The notes: generated from the letters alone by a model not told the origin. A stretch of 44,329 nt of DNA from Candidatus Gottesmanbacteria bacterium RIFCSPHIGHO2_02_FULL_40_13 (GCA_001779235.1 MFJN01000034.1:11202-55530); one strand, 5' to 3'; shown: positions 26,023 to 36,205, counted from the stretch's first letter. Numbers and translations: made by a program.

Positions 26023-27264
26023 TTAAAAGCTTCGCTTTTTTACGTTCCACCATAACTCTATTCTATCAAAAGATTTATTAATTGCATCTTCCGGCGATCC
26101 GAAGGAAAGTCTCAGGTGGTACTCTCCTTCAGGCCCGAAACCGATACCCGGAACGGTGACGACAGCAGCTTCATAGAGTAATTTTTTAGCGAATTCAATA
26201 CTGCTTATCGGCAGGTTGTAGCGTGGAAAAACATAATAGGTACCACAGGGCTTTACATAAGAAAAAAGATCAGGCAGGTTGTCCAGTCGTTTACAGATAA
26301 TATCGCGGTTGCGTTTTAGCCATTTTCTATGATTATTAACTACTCCCTGCGGACCGGTCAACGCGGCGATCGCTGCCTCCTGGGATATATGCGGTGCGCA
26401 AACGATGTTGGCGTCATGAATTTTTAAGATATGCATCAGCAATTTTTTATTAGTATGAAGGAATCCTATTCGCCATCCCATCATACCGTATTTTTTTGAC
26501 AGGGAACAGCATCTGATGACCCTGGGCCAGAGTTTTTTTATCGAAGCAATATTAAAATATGAAGTATCATCATAAATGAGAAAATCATAGACTTCATCGG
26601 TAATGACATATATTTTAGTCTCGTATAAGATCTCTGCGAGACTTCTAAGGTCTTCTTCCAAAAAAACGGCGCCTGTCGGATTCTGGGGATTATTTATCAC
26701 GACTGCTTTAGTTTTTTTAGTGATGGCCTTTTTAATATTGACAACATCTAAACGGTAACCTGTTTTTTTATCTTCAATCATGGGAACAGGAACCGCGATA
26801 CCTCCGGCGATTGATACCTGCTCGCCGTAGGATGAAAAATAAGGAGAGGGTAAAATAACCTCATCACCGGGATTAACCAAAGTCAGCATTGAATAGAGTA
26901 GTCCTGCCATACTGCCGGGAGTTATCAGAATGTCATCGGAGGAGGTTTCAATTCCCAGTAATTTTTGTGAAAGCGCAGCAGTTATGGTGCGAAGTTCAGG
27001 CAATCCTGTCAGAAGTGTGTATTTATCAATATCTTTTTTATTTTTTATTGCCTTGATAGCATGCTGGTGAATAAAGTCTGGTGCGGGATAAAAAGGAAGT
27101 CCTACCCCGAGCGATACTATGTCTTTACCTTTATTCTGTTCCAGTGCGCCAAGATATGTCATTTCCTTAATGACGGAAACACTGGTATTTTTAAGCCTTA
27201 CTGCGAGCTCCGGCAAATCGACGGTGTCGCCTGTTGAAGTTAGAACCGATCTGTTGTTGTTCAT
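26023..27264 (-). CDS. Class I/II PLP-dependent aminotransferase (likely the aromatic/phenylpyruvate aminotransferase of the operon)
   Basis: NPQNPTG, SLSKKYGMMGWRIGF (PLP lysine). 4-nt overlap with the aroC stop. The substrate assignment comes from context only. Confidence 0.8.
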   Translation of the reverse strand: MNNNRSVLTSTGDTVDLPELAVRLKNTSVSVIKEMTYLGALEQNKGKDIVSLGVGLPFYPAPDFIHQHAIKAIKNKKDIDKYTLLTGLPELRTITAALSQKLLGIETSSDDILITPGSMAGLLYSMLTLVNPGDEVILPSPYFSSYGEQVSIAGGIAVPVPMIEDKKTGYRLDVVNIKKAITKKTKAVVINNPQNPTGAVFLEEDLRSLAEILYETKIYVITDEVYDFLIYDDTSYFNIASIKKLWPRVIRCCSLSKKYGMMGWRIGFLHTNKKLLMHILKIHDANIVCAPHISQEAAIAALTGPQGVVNNHRKWLKRNRDIICKRLDNLPDLFSYVKPCGTYYVFPRYNLPISSIEFAKKLLYEAAVVTVPGIGFGPEGEYHLRLSFGSPEDAINKSFDRIELWWNVKKRSF

Positions 27265-28427
27265 AAGTTTCTTAGGTTACCTAGGTAACTTAAGTAATTC
27301 CCATTAATTTCTGCCATCGAGTCACCGCCAAACTTTTCCAAAAAAGAATTGGCCAAAACAAACGACAGCATCGCCTCAGAAATAACTCCGGCGCGTGGAA
27401 TGACGCATATGTCAGACCGTTCAAGCAAGGCTTTGGCGGCTTTCTTTGTTTTTAAGTCAATTGTATTCAGAGGACTTCCGAGTGATGATAGAGGTTTATG
27501 ATACACTCTGACGACTACATTTTCTCCATTGGTAACCCCCCCTTCCAGACCTCCGGCACGGTTTGTTTTTCTCCTGATATTATGACCGTCAGAAATTATT
27601 TCATCATGAACATCAGAGCCAAGATCAGAAGCGTTGGCAACTCCTGTCCCTATTTCGACTGCCTTGACTGAAGGAATGCTCATCAATGCTCCGGCAATCA
27701 ATCCGTCGAGTTTCCGGTCATAATGTACATAACTTCCAAGTCCGGCAGGTACCCGGGATGCGATAACTTCAATGACCCCTCCTAAAGTATCTTTACTCAT
27801 CGTAGCATCAATAATCGCTTGTTTCATCCTTTTAGAAGTGTTCATCTCAATGCATCTGATGTCTGGATCTGTCTGATCGACGCTGACGATTTTGTGAAAA
27901 TCCCGCTCTTCTGCTTCCAGTATAACTTTGCCGATTTGTACCGTGTGGCTAGCAATCAGCATTTTAAATTCAGCCAGCAGTTTTTTGCATATTGCCCCGA
28001 CAGCCACCCGCATTACCGTTTCCCGTGCGCTGGCTCTTTCCAAGACGCTGCGCACATCGTCAAAGTGATATTTGATTACTCCTGCCAGATCGGCATGACC
28101 CGGCCTGGGGTTGGTTAAGTGTTTTAGCTTTACACCCTCGGATGTTAAGGGTTCAATACTCATTTTTTCATTCCAATTATCATGATCCATATTATCCACC
28201 AGAAGCGCAATCGGACTTCCCAAAGTTTTACCATTCCTTACTCCGGAGAGGATTTTTACTGTATCAGACTCTATTTTTCCACGCCCCCCCCGTCCTGCTC
28301 CGGATTTACGTTTCTCTAGCTCTTTTTGTATATCGTGGTGAACAAGTGATAATCCAGCGGGTATCCCCTCTAAAATAGCAACTTCAGCCGGTCCATGTGA
28401 TTCTCCTGCAGTTAAAAACCTAATCAT
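27261..28427 (-). CDS. aroC: Chorismate synthase
   Basis: MIRFLTAGESHGP..., GRGGRGKIES..., RSDICVIPRAG. Confidence 0.95.
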   Translation of the reverse strand: MIRFLTAGESHGPAEVAILEGIPAGLSLVHHDIQKELEKRKSGAGRGGRGKIESDTVKILSGVRNGKTLGSPIALLVDNMDHDNWNEKMSIEPLTSEGVKLKHLTNPRPGHADLAGVIKYHFDDVRSVLERASARETVMRVAVGAICKKLLAEFKMLIASHTVQIGKVILEAEERDFHKIVSVDQTDPDIRCIEMNTSKRMKQAIIDATMSKDTLGGVIEVIASRVPAGLGSYVHYDRKLDGLIAGALMSIPSVKAVEIGTGVANASDLGSDVHDEIISDGHNIRRKTNRAGGLEGGVTNGENVVVRVYHKPLSSLGSPLNTIDLKTKKAAKALLERSDICVIPRAGVISEAMLSFVLANSFLEKFGGDSMAEINGNYLSYLGNLRNL

Positions 28428-28442
28428 ATGATTATTAGAAGT

Positions 28443-29273
28443 TTAAGGAATTGATTCATTAATGTTTTTTAAAGCTTGTTCCATTATTCTAACCGGAGGG
28501 TCGATTCCGGTGAACATTTTAAATTTTAACACAGCCTGCCAAAAAAGCATTCTTTCTCCATATACTAATTTACTTTGCATTTCTTTAGCGTTTACTAATA
28601 ATTTAGTTTCTTTAGGATTAGTAACAAGATCCATGACAGTTAAGTCTGAGCGCAATAAACCTTTTGGAACAAGTGATTGATTTTCATTCGGCTTCATTCC
28701 GACTGATGTAGCATTGATTAAAATTTCTGCTTGTTCAATTTCTTGAGCAAGAGATTGTATAGAATTACTTCTGGCATTTATTTTTCTGGTAATTTGTTTG
28801 GCGAGGTCTGCATTTCTATTTAGAATAATTAAATTTCCGCCTTCATCCGTCACCGCAATGGCGATTGCCCGGGCTGCCCCGCCGGCACCCAGTAATAATA
28901 CATTTTTATTTTTTATAACGGTTACTTCGTTTAACGCTTTGACACAACCTAATCCGTCGGTATTGCCACCGCTTAATTTACCGTTGTCATTAACTATGAC
29001 GTTTACCGCACCAATTATTTGAGCATTTTCGTCAAGTTCATCAAGATATTTTATTGCCTCGATTTTATACGGAATAGTGACACCCACCCCTTTTATTCCC
29101 AGTTGGCGAATTCCCTCAATTGCCTTTTTCAGATCTTTTACCGCAAAAGGAACATAGACATAATTGAGTTGTAAAGCTTTAAAAGCAGCATTGTATAAAG
29201 TAAACATTTTGCTTGTTTTGTATGTTGAACCGAAAAACCCGATTATTTTTGTTTCTCCGTTTATTTTCATCAT
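28443..29273 (-). CDS. aroE: Shikimate dehydrogenase
   Basis: GVTIPYK, NTDGLG, LLGAGGAARAIA (NADP Rossmann). Confidence 0.92.
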   Translation of the reverse strand: MMKINGETKIIGFFGSTYKTSKMFTLYNAAFKALQLNYVYVPFAVKDLKKAIEGIRQLGIKGVGVTIPYKIEAIKYLDELDENAQIIGAVNVIVNDNGKLSGGNTDGLGCVKALNEVTVIKNKNVLLLGAGGAARAIAIAVTDEGGNLIILNRNADLAKQITRKINARSNSIQSLAQEIEQAEILINATSVGMKPNENQSLVPKGLLRSDLTVMDLVTNPKETKLLVNAKEMQSKLVYGERMLFWQAVLKFKMFTGIDPPVRIMEQALKNINESIP

Positions 29274-29311
29274 TATAATTTTACTTCATTACTATATATT
29301 AATGTAGTAAA

Positions 29312-29848
29312 TTAAATCTGTAATTGAATCATTTTAACTATTTGTTCAGGATCCATGGTTTTACATTTCAGAGTAATGTCAGCCAGTTTTTCATAGACAG
29401 GATTTCGGTATTTTAATACTGCATTAAATGAAGATATTGGATTATTCGGATTAGCAAAAAAAGCAGGAATTCCGCCGGAAATTATTCTTTTGTATAATGC
29501 GTCACGATCAGGTTTAAGATAAATAACTTTACCTAATTGCTTAAGTATTTTCTGATTTATCAAATTTAACGGTGTACCCCCGCCGCAGGCTAAGATATAA
29601 TTATTATTATCAGCACGTTTTACTAATCCTTTTAACACTGAAGACTCTAATTTTCGAAAATACTCCTGCCCGTATTTCCGGTAAATTTCACGGAAATTTA
29701 ATTTCTTTTTTTTTGCCTGAAAATGTTCTTTTTCCAGTTCATCGTCAAGTTCAATAAATTGAATATTGAGCTTTTCAGCCAAAAGTTTTCCCACAGTTGA
29801 TTTGCCGCAACCTTTCATTCCGATAAGAATTATTTTTAAATAAGTCAT
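29312..29848 (-). CDS. aroK: Shikimate kinase
   Basis: IGMKGCGKSTVGKLLAEKL P-loop. About 178 aa. ATG at 29848; the track start 29860 is TTG. Confidence 0.88.
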   Translation of the reverse strand: MTYLKIILIGMKGCGKSTVGKLLAEKLNIQFIELDDELEKEHFQAKKKKLNFREIYRKYGQEYFRKLESSVLKGLVKRADNNNYILACGGGTPLNLINQKILKQLGKVIYLKPDRDALYKRIISGGIPAFFANPNNPISSFNAVLKYRNPVYEKLADITLKCKTMDPEQIVKMIQLQI

Positions 29849-29856
29849 ATTTCTAA

Positions 29857-31152
29857 TCAACTTTGGATAACCATATCAGCCCCTGCTTTTATCATTTCAG
29901 GAATAAATGTCTCAAATGATTTTTCAAGCATTTCTGCATCGGAAATAATAGTCTCTCTTTCACTATTCAATCCGGCAACAGCCAGAGATAACACCATCCG
30001 GTGATCTTTATATCCATTCAGTTTTGCGCCCTTCATTTTCCAACTGCCGTCCTGATCAATAATTATACCGTCTTTTCTTTCTATCACCTTTGCACCCATC
30101 TTATGAAGTTCTTTACATATTGCCGAAATTCTGTCACATTCCTTCCAGCGGGCAGTCAAGGCATTTTTTATGATCGTCTTACCGCTGGCAAAACAGGCAG
30201 CGACAGCAATGGTTGGAACCTGATCAGGCATTAAGTTCATGTCGATTTCGATACCGTTTAATTTGCTTGTTCTGGCGGTTAAAGTACTATCATTATTTGT
30301 AATATCGGCCCCCATTTTATGCAGGGTGTCGATAACAAATTTGTCTCCATAAGGATCACTGTGATCCATTCCTTTAACAGTCACTTTTGAGTTCTGCGTA
30401 ATTACGGCAGCCAAAAGAGGATACGGCGGAGCCGACCATTCCAAGGGAATGGTTGCGTCAAATTTCTCGGGAGGATTATTGCCGGGAAAATGATAATGAA
30501 GATATTTATCATTAGTAAATTGTAATCCTGTTTTTTTAAACCAGCGAAGGAGTAAATCGATGTAGGCTGTTTCTCCTGAATTTTTTACGTAAATATCTAC
30601 AGGTTTTTTTGATAATACAGAGGCAATCAGAACACTGAATACCGGCTGACAGCCTGTTCCGTCCATATGAGCCGTTCCTCCGTTAACTTTCCCTTTTATA
30701 AGAAGAGGAGCCATTCCGTCATTTTTACTGGATATAATTTCGACACCCAGTTCTTTAAAAGGTTGAAATAAATTTTTGGAAACGGTTCTTAATTTTCTGA
30801 TCGATTCATCTCCGGTAATGACAGTCCATCCGCGGCCTGCCGCAGCAACTCCGGCAATGAAAAAAAGCATGGTACCGGAATTACCAACGTTAATTATGTC
30901 ACCGGGAGTTTGTAATTTTCCGGCTACACCCTTCACCTGAAATACATTATAAGGTTTTTCTTCAATCTCTGCTCCATACATTTTCATCGCTTTGACAGCC
31001 TCATCCCAATCATTGCTTCGCTTTGGACTGCGGATTACAGATATCCCACCCGCAAGCGACGCCATAATTAAAGCACGATATGAATGGGTCTTACTTTTCG
31101 GTATGGTAATTTCCCCCTGTAAATTTTTGCTTTTTGTGACTTTTAAAAACAT
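29857..31152 (-). CDS. aroA: 3-phosphoshikimate 1-carboxyvinyltransferase (EPSP synthase)
   Basis: PKSKTHSYRALIMASLA, NVGNSGTMLFF, DHRMVLSLAVAGL. Confidence 0.95.
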   Translation of the reverse strand: MFLKVTKSKNLQGEITIPKSKTHSYRALIMASLAGGISVIRSPKRSNDWDEAVKAMKMYGAEIEEKPYNVFQVKGVAGKLQTPGDIINVGNSGTMLFFIAGVAAAGRGWTVITGDESIRKLRTVSKNLFQPFKELGVEIISSKNDGMAPLLIKGKVNGGTAHMDGTGCQPVFSVLIASVLSKKPVDIYVKNSGETAYIDLLLRWFKKTGLQFTNDKYLHYHFPGNNPPEKFDATIPLEWSAPPYPLLAAVITQNSKVTVKGMDHSDPYGDKFVIDTLHKMGADITNNDSTLTARTSKLNGIEIDMNLMPDQVPTIAVAACFASGKTIIKNALTARWKECDRISAICKELHKMGAKVIERKDGIIIDQDGSWKMKGAKLNGYKDHRMVLSLAVAGLNSERETIISDAEMLEKSFETFIPEMIKAGADMVIQS

Positions 31153-31153
31153 A

Positions 31154-31609
31154 TTACTTTTTTAAGTTACCAATTTTATTTAGGTGGCTTACCAGCTTTT
31201 CTAAAGCATTATAATAGCTTTTTTCTCTTAACCCGGACGTTTGACCGGTGCGAATATCCTCCAGAACATTAACAGATATATTGACACCGGTTTTATTGAT
31301 ATCAGTCATATGAACTTCTATAAATGGTTTATCAAAATCAATTAAAGCCTGCCTGAGAGAATATCCGTATCTCACTAAGGCCCCGGGATTAATCAGAACC
31401 CCGTTCGCCTTCCGCGATGATTCTTTCTGCAGAAAATCAATAATAGCACCTTCATGATTGGATTGAAAAAAATCCAGTTCGCAGAAAGATTTTTTGGCAA
31501 TCTTCATCAATTGTAAATTAATTTCCTGCATGGTGATATTCCCGTATTTTACAGGGTCCCTTTTTCCCAGCATACTTAAGTTCGGGCCGTGAATTATTAA
31601 TATTTTCAT
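31154..31609 (-). CDS. aroQ: Type II 3-dehydroquinate dehydratase
   Basis: MKILIIHGPNLSMLGKRDP..., FQSNHEGAIID, INPGA..., EVHMTDI. Confidence 0.95.
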   Translation of the reverse strand: MKILIIHGPNLSMLGKRDPVKYGNITMQEINLQLMKIAKKSFCELDFFQSNHEGAIIDFLQKESSRKANGVLINPGALVRYGYSLRQALIDFDKPFIEVHMTDINKTGVNISVNVLEDIRTGQTSGLREKSYYNALEKLVSHLNKIGNLKK

Positions 31610-32682
31610 ATAATTATTTCGTCTAATGCCTGTTTTATAATATGTTGTTCGACATCAATTTGGGCAATTATTTTACCGATATCTTTGATCAGAATAAATG
31701 TACCGTCTTTTTTGTCAAATTTTAATGCATTTAAAACTGCATTTTTATTAATATTAGATACAGATACGGGCAATCCCAGCTGTAGAATCGTATTTCTGAT
31801 CTCCGCAAATTTATTCTCAGGCAATAGTCCTTTTAAAAGGCTAATTTTGGCCGCGGCAATCAAACCGATGCCCACGGCCTGACCGTGTGATAATTCGCCG
31901 TTTGCTACAGCTTCTACAGCATGTCCGATTGTGTGGCCCAGATTTAATTTTTGACGAATACCCGACTGTTCAAATGGGTCACTTAATGTTATAGCCGTTT
32001 TAATTTTTTGACAATGATGTATAATATTGCCGGCTCCTTTCCAATTATTACTTTTTATTAAATCCCTAAATCCCATTAATTCTTCTTTTGATGGCGTTCC
32101 CCATCCGAGATAATATTTCGCCATTTCTCCTAATCCGCTGATAATCTCGTGTTCAGGAAGCGTTTTCAGAAATTTAACATCGCATATTACCAGATCCGGT
32201 TGTTTGAATGTTCCCAGCATGTTTTTCAGCATATTTCCATTTTCAATAAATAAATCAACTCCGTTTTTTCCTCCGATGGCCGCATCGATTTGAGCAAGAA
32301 GAGTAGTCGGCATAAAAATACTGCTGATTCCGCGAAGCATGATGCTGGATAAGAACCCGCCGATGTCACTGACGACTCCTCCTCCGATTGAGACGAGGCA
32401 GGATTTTCTATCAAAAGCTTGAGCAAAAAATGGCTTAATGATATTTGGAATTTTCAGTATATCTTTTTGCCTTTCGCCAGCTTCTATAATTGATAACGTT
32501 AAGGGTTTGTCCAATCGGGAGAGAGATTTTAATATTTTATCTTTATATAAATCACTGATTGTTTTATCTATTAAAATTAAAAAACTGCCCGGATTTATAT
32601 CAGCGTTTGCTATTATTTTATCAAGGGATGTCAGAAGGTCATATCCGGTCACAGTAATATTTGTTTTTACTAATATGCTCAT
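31606..32682 (-). CDS. aroB: 3-dehydroquinate synthase
   Basis: GGGVVSDIGGFLSS, LNLGHTIGHAVE. 4-nt overlaps on both sides. Confidence 0.93.
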   Translation of the reverse strand: MSILVKTNITVTGYDLLTSLDKIIANADINPGSFLILIDKTISDLYKDKILKSLSRLDKPLTLSIIEAGERQKDILKIPNIIKPFFAQAFDRKSCLVSIGGGVVSDIGGFLSSIMLRGISSIFMPTTLLAQIDAAIGGKNGVDLFIENGNMLKNMLGTFKQPDLVICDVKFLKTLPEHEIISGLGEMAKYYLGWGTPSKEELMGFRDLIKSNNWKGAGNIIHHCQKIKTAITLSDPFEQSGIRQKLNLGHTIGHAVEAVANGELSHGQAVGIGLIAAAKISLLKGLLPENKFAEIRNTILQLGLPVSVSNINKNAVLNALKFDKKDGTFILIKDIGKIIAQIDVEQHIIKQALDEIII

Positions 32683-32942
32683 ATCAACTCCTGCTTATCT
32701 CTGGATATCAGAATAATTAATTTAAAGATTTTCAAAATTATTCCATTATTTAAATTCAATAATTTGCATCTATCTTTAACTTTTATTAAAATTTCTTTTT
32801 CTCTTTTTAAGTCGATCAGTCTCAGGTTGTTATTTATTTTATTATTTCCTGCCAGTACTGCCAGATCCAGCCTTTTTTTAATAAGCTGAATAATATCTTT
32901 ATCGATCTTGTCTATTTCTCTTCTAATTTCTTCAAGATTCAT
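32679..32942 (-). CDS. Chorismate mutase (AroQ class, monofunctional)
   Basis: LEEIRREIDKIDKDIIQLIKKRLDL is typical of the CM_2 helix 1. About 87-93 aa, with ATG at 32942 or 32960. Confidence 0.85.
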   Translation of the reverse strand: MNLEEIRREIDKIDKDIIQLIKKRLDLAVLAGNNKINNNLRLIDLKREKEILIKVKDRCKLLNLNNGIILKIFKLIILISRDKQELI

Positions 32943-33756
32943 ATATCTTTCCAGGATCATAAAGTCCCAGTAATTTTAAATAATTAGTGCTTTTTTTCAT
33001 TTTTTTTAAGACATTATTTATTTGAGCATTATCTTTTTGCAAAATAAAATCAACTATAAATATATATTCCCACGGTTTACCGATGATCGGCCGCGACTCA
33101 ATTTTTGTCAGATTTAATCCGGCTTCAGCATATGGTTTTAACGCCTTTAACAGGCTCCCCGGTTCATGTACCACTGAAAATATGATTGACGCTTTATTTC
33201 CGTTTTTATTAGGACGGCGTGAAATAACGGCGAACCGTGTATAATTATTATCATCATTTTGTACTTTTATATCCAGCATCTTTAATTTATTTATTTCAGC
33301 AGCCTGACGGCTGGCTATAGCACAATATATATTTGATCTATTTTTACGCAGTAATATAGCAGCCGAAGCCGAATCTTCTGCAAAAACAGGCTTAATATTT
33401 TTATTTAGCAAAAAAAAGTCATGACACTGTTTTAGTGATTCAGAATGAGTATAACAATATAGTAAATTATTTAGGTTACTTATTGTATCTCTATTAACCA
33501 GTAAATGATGTTTAATCTTTAATAAAATTTCTCCGACTATAAAAATGTCTTCTTTCATCAATAAATCATAGTTTTGCGTAATACTGCCGGTTAAGGAATT
33601 TTCTACCGGAATAATTCCATAATCACTCTTTTGTTTCTTTAATTTGCTGAATATCTTATAAAATGAATCGCTGCCGGCCAGATTATTACCATTTTTAAAA
33701 TATTTCAAAGCGGCCAGAAAACTGTACGAACCGGGCTGGCCAAGGTAATGAATCAT
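32932..33756 (-). CDS. pheA: Prephenate dehydratase with C-terminal ACT domain
   Basis: NYTRFAVIS (TRF motif), TKIESRP (ESRP motif), PWEYIFIVDF. Confidence 0.93.
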   Translation of the reverse strand: MIHYLGQPGSYSFLAALKYFKNGNNLAGSDSFYKIFSKLKKQKSDYGIIPVENSLTGSITQNYDLLMKEDIFIVGEILLKIKHHLLVNRDTISNLNNLLYCYTHSESLKQCHDFFLLNKNIKPVFAEDSASAAILLRKNRSNIYCAIASRQAAEINKLKMLDIKVQNDDNNYTRFAVISRRPNKNGNKASIIFSVVHEPGSLLKALKPYAEAGLNLTKIESRPIIGKPWEYIFIVDFILQKDNAQINNVLKKMKKSTNYLKLLGLYDPGKIYES

Positions 33757-34763
33757 GACCTGCCAACCGCTCTGGCAACTTTTTTAACCTCTAAAACAAG
33801 TTTGGCCAATTCAATCGTGGAAATTGCCTGATCGGCATCAGAGACAGAACGTCTTGGATCATGATGGGCTTCGATAAGGAGTCCATCAGCTCCTGCTGCA
33901 ATTGCCGCTTTACTCATCGACCGGACAAGGGACGCCCGTCCCACACCATGACTGGGGTCCACCACGATCGGCAGGTGCGTTTCCTGCTTTAAATAAGCAA
34001 CCGCATTCAGATCCAGAGTAAATCTGGTTTCCGGAACGTGGGTGCGGATTCCTCTTTCACAAAGTATGACTTTATCATTTCCGCCCACCAGAATATATTC
34101 CGCTGCCAGTAAAAATTCTTTATAGGTAGCCCACATGCCTCTTTTTAAAAGAACCGGTTTACGGCAATGGCCCAATTCTTTGAGAAGCGGATAATTTTGC
34201 ATATTGCGTGATCCTACCTGAAATATATCCGTATATTTTTCAATAAGTTCGATGGCCCGTACATCAAGAACTTCGGTAATCACACCCAGATGGTGCATCT
34301 TAGCGGCATTTTTTAGAAAATGCAGCCCGATTTTACCCAGGCCCTGAAAATCGTATGGGCCGGTACGCGGTTTGAATGCTCCACCGCGGAGAATATGACA
34401 GCCGGATGATTTTACCTCTTGTGCAATCGTTTCCATCTGAAATTTGCTTTCGACAGAACACGGCCCTGCCATAATGACGATTTCTTTATCCCCGATATTA
34501 CAGCCGTTAACCCTAATTTTTGAAGATTCGAGTTTATAATTTTTACTGGCAAGTTTATAAGGCTTGGTAATATCCAAAATGGTTTCAACCTGGACATGTT
34601 TTTGTACTTCTTTTTTTGCTGAATCACCGAATTTACCGACAACTACCAAAAGGCTTTGGTTATTTCGCACGAGAGATACAACTTCGATATGTTTTTCCAG
34701 CAGAAGTTTTCTGAATTCTTTTTCCTCTGCTAAAGTCGTCTCTTTTTTTAGAAAAATTATCAT
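33753..34763 (-). CDS. aroF: DAHP synthase, type I-beta, with N-terminal ferredoxin-like regulatory domain
   Basis: MAGPCSVES, LRGGAFKPRTGPYDFQGLG, VVDPSHG. The about 75-aa N-terminal extension resembles the Thermotoga-type enzyme. Confidence 0.92.
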   Translation of the reverse strand: MIIFLKKETTLAEEKEFRKLLLEKHIEVVSLVRNNQSLLVVVGKFGDSAKKEVQKHVQVETILDITKPYKLASKNYKLESSKIRVNGCNIGDKEIVIMAGPCSVESKFQMETIAQEVKSSGCHILRGGAFKPRTGPYDFQGLGKIGLHFLKNAAKMHHLGVITEVLDVRAIELIEKYTDIFQVGSRNMQNYPLLKELGHCRKPVLLKRGMWATYKEFLLAAEYILVGGNDKVILCERGIRTHVPETRFTLDLNAVAYLKQETHLPIVVDPSHGVGRASLVRSMSKAAIAAGADGLLIEAHHDPRRSVSDADQAISTIELAKLVLEVKKVARAVGRS

Positions 34764-34799
34764 AATTAGATTATTACGCGTTTCGTACCTCTATCATTC

Positions 34800-34880
34800 C
34801 GAGCGACTCCGATGACCATCGGAGGAGCGTGGGAATCTTTCATCAGATTGCCACGTCGCTACGTTCCTCGCAATGACAGC
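34800..34880. repeat. REP-like hairpin elements upstream of the aro operon
   Basis: ctccgatg-ac-catcggag (8-bp stem) inside gagcgactccgatgaccatcggaggagcg. attgccacgtcgctacgttcctcgcaatgac is an imperfect palindrome, and on the minus strand it carries gctgtcattgcgaggaa, the same motif as at 6261 and 6292. Confidence 0.7.
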
Positions 34881-34932
34881 TTTGTAATTCATCATCTCTT
34901 CATATCCGCCTGCGCTAAAGCTTCGGCGGATT

Positions 34933-34972
34933 ATGCAGCTGTAATCCCGATTTAATCGGGAAACAGCTGCAT
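34933..34972. other. 40-nt nested hairpin with perfectly paired stems
   Basis: atgcagctgt (34933-34942) pairs perfectly with acagctgcat (34963-34972). The inner stem is cccga/tcggg (34946-34960). There is no U-run on the appropriate side on either strand. Confidence 0.8.
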
Positions 34973-34997
34973 AAAAAAACCTCCCTTTCAGGAGGTT
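34973..34997 (-). terminator. Rho-independent terminator after thrS-infC-rpmI-rplT
   Basis: The minus strand reads aacctcc-tgaaag-ggaggtt followed by tttttt. It lies about 120 nt downstream of the rplT stop. Confidence 0.65.
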
Positions 34998-35116
34998 AGT
35001 TTGTGCTCTTTTTATTTAAAAACTATTTACAGCCAGACAAACCCGCCTCCTTTTTGGAAGGAGTAAAGTAAAAATAATACCATTGGGTTTGTATGCTCAT
35101 ACTGTAGGAAAGTTTA

Positions 35117-35464
35117 TCAGACATTTTTTACCTTGTCAACTAAAGCCTGAAAAGTATCACTATCCGAAATGATCATATCAGACAGTATTTTACGATTAAT
35201 ATTTATTTTCGCTTTTTTAAGTTTATTGATAAACACACTATATGAAATATTATTCCTGATAACAGCATTGGATATTCTGTGGATCCATAATTTCCTCATA
35301 TCACTTTTTTTCTTTCTCCGCCCTGCATATGCGTATTGTCCGGCGTGGAGATACGCTTCTTTTGCAACTTTGATCAGTCTCCGTTTAGTCATGCGAAAAC
35401 CTTTGACGGCTTTCAGCACTTTTTTATGTTTTCGATGTGATACTACGCCTCTTTTTACTCTCAT
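35117..35464 (-). CDS. rplT: 50S ribosomal protein L20
   Basis: MRVKRGVVSHRKHKKVLKAVKGFR...AYAGRRKKK. Confidence 0.96.
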   Translation of the reverse strand: MRVKRGVVSHRKHKKVLKAVKGFRMTKRRLIKVAKEAYLHAGQYAYAGRRKKKSDMRKLWIHRISNAVIRNNISYSVFINKLKKAKININRKILSDMIISDSDTFQALVDKVKNV

Positions 35465-35472
35465 ATTTTAAT

Positions 35473-35667
35473 TTATGATGTTATTAATGTCCTGATAATT
35501 TTGGCGTTTTTACCAGTTAATTGCCGCGGTTCCTTGAATCTTCTTCTGCGGCTGCCTGATTTGGTTATTCTTTTATGGCGTGACAGGTGATGACCACGCA
35601 TGATCTTGCCTGTTTTGGTAATTTTAAATCTTTTCATAACCGTTTTTCTGGTTTTTTGTTTATACAT
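35473..35667 (-). CDS. rpmI: 50S ribosomal protein L35
   Basis: MYKQKTRKTVMKRFKITKTGKIMRGHHLSRHKR. AAGGAG lies 9 nt upstream of the ATG at 35667. The track start 35724 is inside infC. Confidence 0.92.
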   Translation of the reverse strand: MYKQKTRKTVMKRFKITKTGKIMRGHHLSRHKRITKSGSRRRRFKEPRQLTGKNAKIIRTLITS

Positions 35668-36205
35668 TTTTATCTGCTCCTTTTTTGTACGGCGATAATA
35701 TTGACGCCAATACTTTTCCTTCAAAATACGGGCTTTTAATCACCTTGGACTGCTCCTTTAAAGCCTCAACGACCTTGTTCATGATGTCAAAACCAAAGTT
35801 TTTGTGAATAATCTGTCTTCCTTTAAAGGCCACCATTATTTTCAGTTGATTTCCGTCTTCCAGAAATGATTTACCCTGATTAATTCTAACCTGCAAATCG
35901 TGGGTACCTATAAAAGGAGATAATCTGATTCCCTTTATGCCGACATTTTTTACTGATTTACCCGACTCCCTTTTTTTCTTCTCCTCCAGATATTTAAATT
36001 TCTTATAATCAATAAGCTTTACTACGGGAGGCTTGGCATTTGGTGCAATTTCTACCAGGTCTTTTTCTTCAGTTTTAGCGCGCCTCAATGCTTCATTTTT
36101 ATCAATAATACCAATCTGTTTCCCCTTATCGTCCAAAAGTCTTATCTGCGGAGCGCTGATCTGGTAATTCAAACGGTAATATTTAGTTCTTATTATCGAT
36201 TTCAA
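35660..36205 (-). CDS. infC: Translation initiation factor IF-3 (non-ATG start)
   Basis: ISAPQIRLLDDKGKQIGI..., VEIAPNAKPPVVKLIDYKKFKY, IRLSPFIGTHDLQ. There is no in-frame ATG in the first about 120 codons. Candidate starts are TTG 36205, ATA codons, or TTG 36172. Confidence 0.9.
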   Translation of the reverse strand: MKSIIRTKYYRLNYQISAPQIRLLDDKGKQIGIIDKNEALRRAKTEEKDLVEIAPNAKPPVVKLIDYKKFKYLEEKKKRESGKSVKNVGIKGIRLSPFIGTHDLQVRINQGKSFLEDGNQLKIMVAFKGRQIIHKNFGFDIMNKVVEALKEQSKVIKSPYFEGKVLASILSPYKKGADKNV

